Of a DNA stretch of 64,000 bases, positions 57,701 through 64,000 are shown one piece after another. The stretch comes from Bryobacterales bacterium (GTDB lineage Bacteria; Acidobacteriota; Terriglobia; Bryobacterales; Bryobacteraceae), in assembly GCA_963713415.1 (NCBI GenBank), contig CAVQLV010000004.1, positions 945,517 to 1,009,516 of the forward strand, read 5' to 3'. Numbering within the stretch: the stretch's first letter is position 1; the number at the start of each line of letters is the position of its first letter. The translations under genes were made by a program, and so were the position numbers. A model generated the notes under the pieces. That model was not told the origin of the DNA, ran no database searches, and saw only the letters and a program-made list of their open reading frames with translations.

Positions 57701-58291
57701 ATCGATGGAAATGTTACCGGGATTCAAGGCGCCGGATGGATTGATGGTGCCAGTGACGCCCGCCATGATGATGGACGTTGGGGTCGAGGTTGTGACAGGG
57801 GTGACGCCTGGTTGGATAGCAAGAAGGTCGGTATAACTACGACCGTTCAGAGGAATCGCCTGAATCTGCTGCTCTGATACCACCTCGCCGAGGTGGGTCG
57901 CCACCGTATCAGGCTGGGTTTGCAAGTTCTCTTCCGAGGCGGACACCGTGACCGTCTCGGTTTGCTCACCGACCGATAATTCTGCGTCTAGCGTTACGGC
58001 GGCGTCTGTGTCGATGGCAATATTGGTCTTCTTCTGTGGCTTGAAGCCGGTGGCGTCGATGGTCAGGTCGTACTTGCCGACCGGAAGTGCGGGAAAAGAA
58101 TAGGATCCGCGGGCGTCTGAGATGGTCGTAAACTGTGCCTTGGTGTCCACGTTCACTAAGGTGAGCTTGCCGCCGGAGATCACGGCGCCAGTGGGGTCTT
58201 TCAGCACGCCGGAGAGGCTGCCAGCGGCGAACCCCCACAATACGGAGGCACAAAAGAGTGACAACGCGATCTGCACCAGACGTTCGATCAT
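54758..58291 (-). CDS. Large TonB-dependent receptor with a CarboxypepD_reg N-domain (1177 aa), intact
   Basis: Start trimmed to the ATG at 58291 (MIERLVQIALSLFCASVLWGFAAGSLSGVLKDPTGAVISGGKLTLVN...). Plug and barrel motifs. C-terminus ...LMQAAVKLRF*. Confidence 0.9.
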   Translation of the reverse strand: MIERLVQIALSLFCASVLWGFAAGSLSGVLKDPTGAVISGGKLTLVNVDTKAQFTTISDARGSYSFPALPVGKYDLTIDATGFKPQKKTNIAIDTDAAVTLDAELSVGEQTETVTVSASEENLQTQPDTVATHLGEVVSEQQIQAIPLNGRSYTDLLAIQPGVTPVTTSTPTSIIMAGVTGTINPSGALNPGNISIDGQRESANGFMVNAIDVQEGMNGGTSVIPNLDSIEEFRVLTNNFDTEYGNYNGGMVNVITRSGSNQFHGSAFEFLRNTDLDAKNFFDAKRGLYQQNQPGGTIGGPILKNKLFFFLDYQHTKTTQGITSPVTTVMSNQERAGNFSDSASLLTGTVPAAYQAGQLASKLGYNVNVGEPFYTPGCGSSSQCVFPGAIIPQSVWSPVAHNLLKYIPTANIGSNLFSTSAFPETDRDDKAGARIDANTRAGNIFGYYFVDNYIVDNPYPGGQGGASVPGFDALTPGQAQEISIGDTKILSPTMVNEAHAGFLRNVNFIGQPHGGTGVSIASQGFVQGPQNGGLVVQAPQFEGVENLVFPDFVMGVPITNADQWNNTLYLSDAISKVWGAHTIKFGAQFHNNQVNESPNGTFNGTFSFLGSETGSPFADYLLGLPSNFTQTTGQHFYLRNRYYAAFVEDSWKARPNLTVNYGLRWERIEPWSDKYNNLQTIVPGRQSVLFPNALPDLLVPGDPGIPPTLSPPDNHAFAPRIGLAYSPNFGNRFLKAIFGESGKSSIRASYGIFYTAFQGIDAGIMYGVPPWGYNYLSPAPPEFAQPFIDSGDGVVQTDPYPFHFPPNNVSQKDPYTGFDWAAVTPISAAPEFYSKDTVPYTENYMFSVQRQFGQNTLLTVSYAGNQGHHILVLQPANNGNAALCLSLSQPSQVAPGTLTCGPYGEDASYTSASGQTYQGTRVGLGPDYGSVTLQKTIGNSNYNSLEITLRATIGSRSTLLVGYTWSKSIDDASYLGEDTNPFNLGLTRAISAWNIPQNVVITYTYNLPFERFFGRNRLTDGWSLSGTSRFSSGLPVTLIDNSDNSLLGTLGNGVNNYLLDTPEYLGGPLNLNENPRNGKPVFNTSAFEVEPLGVLGNSSRRSFQGPGIENFDVQLSKIIRLRESMTLDIRMEAFNVFNHAQFYGPQSVEGVDSDPDFGHVVSAAAPRLMQAAVKLRF

Positions 58292-58376
58292 TCTAGTACG
58301 CTCATCATTTGTAAAATCCTTTGGCGTTTTGCGCCAATTTCTAAGCAAGACCGCGAGCCCACTGCGATTGTGTGAC

Positions 58377-58781
58377 TTAGTGCCCAGGGGTTGACTCAGG
58401 GGCGATGCCATCCAATACCTTGTGCCCGTTCGCCAGAATTACTTTCCTGGCGGTTGCAACGTTCGCCCCATCGCGCGCCGGGAAGGCTACGACCGTGACC
58501 CGGTCGCCGACCTTCAGCGTGTCGCGCAGCCAGCCCATCCGGGCCAAGGTATTCGGGCCCGCTCCCTCAAAGGCCCAATTTGTAACTTTCTGACGGGCGT
58601 CCTTCACGTCCACATAAAAGTAGATATGCGGGTTGCTCCAATCCACCCGCGTAATTACACCGGAGTAGGTAATCTGCCGATTCACATCGAACTCAGCCGA
58701 AACGGAATGGTGAGCAAAGATGGGGGCCGCTGCTACCAGCAACAGCCCCGAGGGGAAGAGAATCGCTAACTTATGTTTCAT
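58377..58781 (-). CDS. Small periplasmic protein (DUF6152-like), predicted mature N-terminus His-His
   Basis: ATG at 58781. Signal peptide ...AAAPIFA, then HHSVSAEFDVNRQITYSGVITRVDWSNPHIYFYVDVKDARQKVTNWAFEGAGPNTLARMGW. Confidence 0.8.
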   Translation of the reverse strand: MKHKLAILFPSGLLLVAAAPIFAHHSVSAEFDVNRQITYSGVITRVDWSNPHIYFYVDVKDARQKVTNWAFEGAGPNTLARMGWLRDTLKVGDRVTVVAFPARDGANVATARKVILANGHKVLDGIAPESTPGH

Positions 58782-58883
58782 CTGGCACAAACCTCGTGAA
58801 GTCTGCAGAGCGAGGCTACCACGCGGGCGGCGCAAATTAGACGAATCGAAGGTCAACTTTTGGTCATTGACGCTCGAAACGTG

Positions 58884-58910
58884 GTCACTGACCCGTGCAA
58901 ATCATTTGCA
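58884..58910. promoter_or_regulatory. Operator candidates upstream of the DUF6152-TBDR operon: palindrome half-site + 7-1-7 Fur-family-like box
   Basis: GTCACTGACC (58884-58893) equals the left half of the 20-bp palindrome. TGCAAAT-C-ATTTGCA (58896-58910) is a perfect 7-1-7 inverted repeat, 115 bp upstream of the ATG at 58781. Confidence 0.45.
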
Positions 58911-59599
58911 TCAAGGGAGATAGCGCAGCGAGTCCACGGGGGCGTGCGGCAAGGGATGAACGATCCAAGTTTCGGTTTTAGCTTGCGTTCACGTCGTCAC
59001 CTCGGCCGCAGGAATGATGGGTGCGAAACCTGCGCTTGCTTCTAACCCTTCGTCACTGAACGGCAAACGACCCGTTGAAGAGTAAGGTCTTAAGGTTGCC
59101 CGCGCTCCTGGTGCGAGTGAACGACACCTCCGATTCAGCCCTGTACATCGACCTGAAAACCGTGCGCCTGGTGGAAGCGTACGGACGGCGGTCTCGCATC
59201 AACCGGTTCCCGCTGGGGCGTAGGCACTTGTCTAAGCATCAATTCAGTGATTCTTGGCTTCGAGCTACAAAGGGCGGTCAAGTGGCTGTGACGTGCTTCA
59301 TGGGTACCCAAAGCAATCCGCGCCAACAGATCGCGCTTTCGCACGGCGGCGGGACCAGGTTTACCAAGCCGATAGTGTTGAACACCGGCCAAGCGTTCGG
59401 CTATACCTCGATGGCGCTGAAGCAGGATGGCGCGAAGGCCCAGGTACGACAAGTGAGCTCCCAGGGAGTCGCTGGGACGGTTGCAGAAGTTGCCAAAGGA
59501 GGCTTTTGGCAGCCCGGCGACTCTTTGATCGCTTCCGGCAGCGCCAAGCACATCGAGACAGCCAGTCTCGGCGTCAAGCAGCGAGCGCTGTTGCGGTCG

Positions 59600-60133
59600 C
59601 TATTTGGTTTGCGCGGTCGAAACCACGTGGCCTTTTTGCTGAGGCGGTTCGTAGTAGCCGATGAGGCGGCCATTACAAAGGACAGCGGTCCAGATGATTA
59701 GCGAAAGCGCCCCCGCAACCTTGGCGCGCGTGGGAATCACCGGAGACGCATCCAGCTCCTCGGGATGATTGTAGACCAGGGGCCGGAAGATAATCGCGTG
59801 GATCAAAACCAGCACCAGACACGACATCTTAACCCAGAAGTAGGGATTCGGATAGTAATCAGCGGCCTTTGAGCCGAAGAGCGTGAATCCCATGGCGAAC
59901 ATAATGATGAAGCCGGTGCGTTTCCACCAGCGCAATCCGTTTACGACGTCGGCGATGGTTTTATCCTGGAACCCCCACCCGAGCAGCCGCAGATCGGTGA
60001 TCACGATCAGGCCGCCGAAGATCGCGATACACGTCAGATGCGTGCTCATGACGATTGGATATTCCAAACCGGACTCGCGGATAAAGGTCATGAAGCTCAG
60101 GCTTTGAAGCCATTGAAAAAGTTCGAGAATCAC
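59600..60133 (-). CDS. Polytopic membrane protein, type B (B2)
   Basis: YPIVMSTHLTCIAIFGGLIVITDLRLLGWGF...YYPNPYFWVKM...LIHAIIF...RAKVAGALSLIIW...GRLIGYYEP. Confidence 0.8.
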   Translation of the reverse strand: MILELFQWLQSLSFMTFIRESGLEYPIVMSTHLTCIAIFGGLIVITDLRLLGWGFQDKTIADVVNGLRWWKRTGFIIMFAMGFTLFGSKAADYYPNPYFWVKMSCLVLVLIHAIIFRPLVYNHPEELDASPVIPTRAKVAGALSLIIWTAVLCNGRLIGYYEPPQQKGHVVSTAQTK

Positions 60134-60148
60134 ATTTGCCTCCAGGCG

Positions 60149-60601
60149 TTACGCGAACGCGATGAATAGACCACCGAATACGACGCTGATCCATAGCGCC
60201 AAAGAGATGATGGCGGTTGCGACCCGCACCGGCTTGGTCGCGGTGTCCGACTTGGCGATCTTCCAATGAATCGTGAAATTAAAGATGAGCGCGATTGCGA
60301 GCGCGTACATCTTGAAGACGAAAGACGGATTGTTAAGGTACATCCGCACATCCGACAGAAAGAGAATGGGGCCAGACAGGAGCACGACCGCGAGCCCAAT
60401 AATGGTCCAGGGCGCCGTGTCGCGCAAAACCTCCGAGGGTTTGGAATGCTGAATACCGAAGCCCAGCAGCTTGTAATCAACTGCGGCGATCATCCCGATC
60501 GACCAGGCGAAAGCCGCTATGTGAAAGCATTCAGCGATTGGAAAAACCCATTCTGAACTATTCAGCGCGTCCGCTACGGATTGTATTTGCAGAAGCAACA
60601 T
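60149..60601 (-). CDS. Polytopic membrane protein, type A (A2)
   Basis: NSSEWVFPIAECFHIAAFAWSIGMIAAVDYKLLGFGI...FLSDVRMYL...FNFTIHWKI...LALWISVVFGGLF. Confidence 0.8.
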   Translation of the reverse strand: MLLLQIQSVADALNSSEWVFPIAECFHIAAFAWSIGMIAAVDYKLLGFGIQHSKPSEVLRDTAPWTIIGLAVVLLSGPILFLSDVRMYLNNPSFVFKMYALAIALIFNFTIHWKIAKSDTATKPVRVATAIISLALWISVVFGGLFIAFA

Positions 60602-61187
60602 CTTGGTGGTCCTGTCCTTTCACTGTGTGTCTGTTCACCGAGCGCGCCAGCATCGCCCAGCTGGCTCCATGGACTTCCGCATGGATCTTGTCGAGCGGTG
60701 GCTCGATATAGCCGATTCCCCGCCCACAGCAGGCCACCGCAGTCCAAAGGAGGAGGGACAGAGTGGCCGCTACCTTGGCACGCGATGGCGCGGTTGAAAG
60801 ACGGTCGAGCTTGGCGGGATCGGCATAAACGCTCCGGTAGAAAACTACAGCATGCACGATCAGCAAGCCAAAGAGAATCAGCTTGGTTCGAAAAAACGCG
60901 TTGTAGTAGTACTCTTCGGCTTTCGAGCCGAACAGTAGAAATCCGCAGGTAGCGGTGAGCAGCAATCCCCAGCGCTTCGGTACGCGGAACTGGTTGACGA
61001 CGTCGGCGATAGATCTTTTCCGCATAGCCCAGCCGAGAAGCCGCATATCCGTCATCAGGATCATCCCGCCAAAAAAGGCTATCCCCACCATGTGCAGCGA
61101 CATGACGATCGGATAGACGTCGGCTGAGCCGCGGAGCGCAGTAAAAAAGCTGGTGAACTGAAGCCATTGAACCAATGAGAGCAGCAT
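60558..61187 (-). CDS. Polytopic membrane protein, type B (B3) with an extended C-tail
   Basis: YPIVMSLHMVGIAFFGGMILMTDMRLLGWAM...IVHAVVF...RAKVAATLSLLLW...GRGIGYIEP. The 3' end overlaps A2 by 44 nt. Confidence 0.75.
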   Translation of the reverse strand: MLLSLVQWLQFTSFFTALRGSADVYPIVMSLHMVGIAFFGGMILMTDMRLLGWAMRKRSIADVVNQFRVPKRWGLLLTATCGFLLFGSKAEEYYYNAFFRTKLILFGLLIVHAVVFYRSVYADPAKLDRLSTAPSRAKVAATLSLLLWTAVACCGRGIGYIEPPLDKIHAEVHGASWAMLARSVNRHTVKGQDHQDVASANTIRSGRAE

Positions 61188-61207
61188 GGGACATTCAAAT
61201 CTCGTGT

Positions 61208-61663
61208 TCAGATTCCGACACTCAAGCCCGGATAGATGAAGCCGATGAAAATACCGCCAAAAATGACGCCCGCCCAGAGAATAAGAGAGATGCAGGCAAC
61301 CGCCTTCCCGTTATGAGGCGGCGACTCCGATACCAAAGCTCGCCGATGAATGGTGTAATGAAAAACCACGGCCGACACAAAGACAGCCATCTTGATAAGG
61401 AAAGCCCAGTTGAGATAATAGCTGTCCGGGTCCGAGGAGAATAGCAAGAGACCGGAGAACAGCATCAGCACCAAGCCGCTGAGCGTCCACAGCCAGGTAT
61501 CCTTGGCGAGCTCGGCAGGCGATTCGCGCGTCCCGGCAACGCCGAGGAGTGAAAAATCCACGATGGCGATGGTCCCGATCGAAATCGCGAATCCGACGAT
61601 ATGGAAGCACTCCAGGATTGGGAAGACCAGTTCGGATGAGTTTAGCGGATTAGTAATGAACAC
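61208..61663 (-). CDS. Polytopic membrane protein, type A (A3)
   Basis: NSSELVFPILECFHIVGFAISIGTIAIVDFSLLGVAG...FSSDPDSYY...FHYTIHRRA...LILWAGVIFGGIF. Confidence 0.8.
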   Translation of the reverse strand: MFITNPLNSSELVFPILECFHIVGFAISIGTIAIVDFSLLGVAGTRESPAELAKDTWLWTLSGLVLMLFSGLLLFSSDPDSYYLNWAFLIKMAVFVSAVVFHYTIHRRALVSESPPHNGKAVACISLILWAGVIFGGIFIGFIYPGLSVGI

Positions 61664-61781
61664 TTGAGTCGGCGAATAGAACGATCGGCACCACCGCCCG
61701 GTGGTGATATGTCACGCTTTTCACGCGTTTAACTATAGCAAAGCTACCGCCTTTGCTAACGCCTCGTGGGGTCACCTTTCG

Positions 61782-61801
61782 GTCAGTGACCGGTCTGTGA
61801 C
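61782..61801. promoter_or_regulatory. 20-bp palindrome-related motif, copy 2 (GTCAGTGACCGGTCTGTGAC)
   Basis: About 120 bp upstream of A3 (start 61663). 19/20 identical to copy 3. Further inverted repeats flank it: CACCACCG-CC-CGGTGGTG (61689-61706) and TAGCAAAG-N7-CTTTGCTA (about 61735-61757). Confidence 0.55.
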
Positions 61802-62261
61802 CGCATATCCTAAACGGCTTCCGTACCACTGGCCACAAAGCTCTTCAAGCCATTCAATCTCTCGTGCTCCGACCACGCCGCGTTCGCTGCTTGGCAAGTA
61901 CCAGGTTCACAGGAACGCGCTCGACGGCCTGAAACTAGGTACCGAGCTTGCCTTTCTCGGACAGATCAAGCAAGCCCTCGGATTGTGTGCGTCAGTTATC
62001 CGGATGTGATCGAGGAGCGACGAATGTCGTGGTGGTGTAAGGGCGCGGTCCAGGAATCTGTTTGACGGCCCTCTATTTTGATAAAGCCTCCGGACTCCTC
62101 GTTCGGGAAATCCGCTTAGGCCGTGCGCTGATCGCCACAGTGTCGATGGCTTCAATGATGGGTGTTATCCTCCAGCGTGGTGAATGAGAGCCATGCGGTG
62201 ATCGCATTCCAGCCGGCCTGGGGTAAAAGGCGGCAATGCGCACTGCGGAGCCGCAACGCCA

Positions 62262-62640
62262 ACCATACGCCAGTCTCATTGGTTGTTCCAGGCTTTCGAT
62301 GCAATCCCCACAATCGGTATTGTTTGCGTGGGGGGGACCATCGTAGATCTCCGGCTTCTAGTTTCACCTTACGGAGACTTCGGGTGTCGGAAGTCAGGTC
62401 GCGATTGCGCCACTGATTCGGTGGAGCTTTTAACTGGATTGCTCCTGTTCTCGTCCGAGGCCATGCAGATGTATGACAATCCGGCATTGCAATTGTGTTT
62501 CACGGGATCATCTAGCAGGATGTCTCCAACTGGGACGAGGATCCCACGGCTCCTCCTGATGCCGGACTCGCGGATTTGCTATCGCTTGTATTTGGATCGC
62601 AATCATTGGGGCGGGACGTGCAATTGCCTGCCAGGCCATT
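62262..62640 (+). pseudogene. Decayed fourth copy of the type-A membrane protein, on the opposite strand
   Basis: Fragments in three frames: SLVVPGFRC, then FQAFDAIPTIGIVCVGGTIVDLRLLV...LLTGLLLFSSEAMQMYDNPA, then IAIVFHGII...ADLLSLVFGS. These parallel ELVFPILECFH / IGTIAIVDFSLLG / LFSSDPDSYY / FHYTIH / ISLILW of A3. Confidence 0.55.
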
Positions 62641-62703
62641 CCTATGGCGACTCGGAAGATCCGGTCACGATTAGCCGTGCGGTATAAAGTTTCCATACCA
62701 GGA

Positions 62704-62723
62704 GTCACTGACCGGTCTGTGAC
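62704..62723. promoter_or_regulatory. 20-bp palindrome-related motif, copy 3 (GTCACTGACCGGTCTGTGAC)
   Basis: 71 bp upstream of the coxB GTG at 62794. Confidence 0.55.
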
Positions 62724-62793
62724 GTGTCCTGTCAGTTCTCTCCTTGACCCCCGCCGGGTGTGCTGTTTAAACTTATGATCGCCCAGGAAGACG

Positions 62794-63738
62794 GTGCACG
62801 CTCTCTTCAGTTCTCATTCCGCCCAGACCCAATCAATTAACTCGGTTTTCTCGCTCGTTCTCATCATCGCAGCGGTGATTTTTCTGATCGTCGCCGTGGG
62901 CGTCTGCTACAGCATCGTGCGGTTCCGTTCCCGCCGTCCATTCTCCGACGATGCCGCCGCAACCCCTGAGCCACGCCAGATCTTCGGCTCGCCTAAGCTC
63001 GAAGTTCTCTGGACCGTCGTCCCGATCGCCATCGTCACCGGGCTGTTCGTCGTCACCGTCCGCGCCATGGTGTTCATCGACGCGCCGCAGGATTCGCCGC
63101 GTTCGCCCGATATCGTCATCACCGGCCATCAATGGTGGTGGGAAGCCCGCTATCCCAACAGCGTCGTGACCACCTGGGATATCCACATCCCTGACTCGCA
63201 CCGTCCGCGCGCCCGAATCGAGTCGGGCGACGTGATTCACGACTTCTGGGTGCCCGAGCTCGCGCGAAAAATGGACGCCGTCCCCGGACGCTGGGGTTAC
63301 ATCTGGCTGGAAGCCGATTCGCCCGGCGTCTACGCCGGCACATGCTCGGAATTCTGCGGCGCCGAGCACGCCTGGATGCGCTTCCGCGTCATCGCCGACA
63401 GCCAGCCGGACTTCGACGCCTGGATGATGCGCCAGGCCCAGTCTTCGCCCGCGCCTGCCGGAATCGCCGCCGAAGGCGCGCGCCTGTTCCAAACCAAGAA
63501 ATGCGCCGATTGCCACACGGTCGCCGCTACCGCTCCCAGCTCCAGTAAAGGATCCAGCCTCGCGCACCTGGCCACGCACGAGACGCTTGGCGGCGGCATT
63601 TCGCCCAACACGCCCGCGAACGTAACCCTATGGCTCACCGATCCCGAGGCCGCCAAGCCTGGCAATCGGATGCCTTCGACGCCACTCTCAACGGATGAGC
63701 GGTCCGATTTGCTTGCCTGCCTGGAGTCGTTACGATGA
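62794..63738 (+). CDS. coxB: Cytochrome c oxidase subunit II with a fused C-terminal cytochrome c domain
   Basis: Two TM helices. HDFWVPELARKMDAVPG. CuA site CSEFCGAEHAWM. Heme c site CADCH. The stop overlaps the next start (ATGA). Confidence 0.9.
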   Translation: MHALFSSHSAQTQSINSVFSLVLIIAAVIFLIVAVGVCYSIVRFRSRRPFSDDAAATPEPRQIFGSPKLEVLWTVVPIAIVTGLFVVTVRAMVFIDAPQDSPRSPDIVITGHQWWWEARYPNSVVTTWDIHIPDSHRPRARIESGDVIHDFWVPELARKMDAVPGRWGYIWLEADSPGVYAGTCSEFCGAEHAWMRFRVIADSQPDFDAWMMRQAQSSPAPAGIAAEGARLFQTKKCADCHTVAATAPSSSKGSSLAHLATHETLGGGISPNTPANVTLWLTDPEAAKPGNRMPSTPLSTDERSDLLACLESLR

Positions 63739-64000
63739 CCGCCTGGCTCGGCGCCATCGATCACAAACGCGTCGGCATCCTCTACATGCTTTCCGCGCTC
63801 CTATTCTTTCTGGCCGGTGGCATGGAAGCCATGGTGATGCGAGCACAACTCGCCGCCCCGCGTCTCCAGCTCATCACCCCCGAACTCTACGACCAGATGT
63901 TCACCATGCACGGCACCACCATGATTTTCCTGGTCACCGGCACCATCTTCTGGTGGCCCATCTTCGGCCCTCTTCGGGATTGCCATCTCTCCCCGCTCGC
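63735..64000 (+). CDS. ctaD: Cytochrome c oxidase subunit I, N-terminal part (runs off the window)
   Basis: Own translation: MTAWLGAIDHKRVGILYMLSALLFFLAGGMEAMVMRAQLAAPRLQLITPELYDQMFTMHGTTMIFLV.... Not in the ORF track because there is no stop inside the window. Confidence 0.85.
   Translation, partial: MTAWLGAIDHKRVGILYMLSALLFFLAGGMEAMVMRAQLAAPRLQLITPELYDQMFTMHGTTMIFLVTGTIFWWPIFGPLRDCHLSPL

Noticed and set aside
59075-59701. 208-aa + ORF between operon-2 genes
   Set aside because: It has no motif, no RBS and the opposite orientation to the surrounding operon, and its 3' end overlaps B2. The region is kept only as an unexplained stretch.
62833-63579. 248-aa minus-strand ORF
   Set aside because: It is antisense to coxB, which has CuA and heme c motifs.

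Overview
High-GC bacterial chromosomal segment. The many CarboxypepD_reg-type TonB-dependent receptors (TBDRs), ECF sigma/anti-sigma pairs and a PQQ dehydrogenase suggest a soil Acidobacteriota-like genome (inference only). Layout: (i) 1-1129, a radical SAM gene that the ORF track misses. (ii) 1.2-11.4 kb, an accessory, mobile-looking block: a short TraD/VirD4-like ATPase, a RelE/ParE toxin-antitoxin pair, a Replic_Relax-like protein, a 0.8 kb hairpin- and iteron-rich non-coding region, a coiled-coil 2-TM protein, and a membrane protein followed by a 1039-aa ATPase + nuclease-like + HTH fusion. The block ends at a tRNA-Ser 3'-end-like sequence and a truncated integrase joined tail-to-tail to a truncated phoU. 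(iii) 12.4-15.6 kb, a tightly coupled three-gene oxygenase-like operon. (iv) 16.5-25.5 kb, decayed Ni and siderophore uptake genes: a NiCoT pseudogene, a TBDR, nikR destroyed by an IS21 remnant, and a frameshifted STN-TBDR/piuC/TPR operon. (v) 27.4-33.1 kb, intact czcCBA. (vi) An IS256 copy. (vii) ECF sigma/anti-sigma/TBDR, a TIMP-like secreted protein and a Ca-type PQQ alcohol dehydrogenase. (viii) 45-49 kb, metal-gene wreckage: a czcA fragment, a truncated PepSY protein and a multicopper oxidase pseudogene. (ix) 49-62 kb, two paralogous operons built from alternating pairs of small His-bearing membrane proteins, HH-N-terminal periplasmic proteins, OM barrels, HupE, cytochrome c' and a 1177-aa TBDR. 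These share a 20-bp palindrome with (x) the cytochrome c oxidase genes at the right edge. The best candidates for something undescribed are the 5.6-11.2 kb membrane/ATPase-nuclease module and the 49-62 kb membrane-pair module. All family names come from memory of sequence motifs; no database search was possible.
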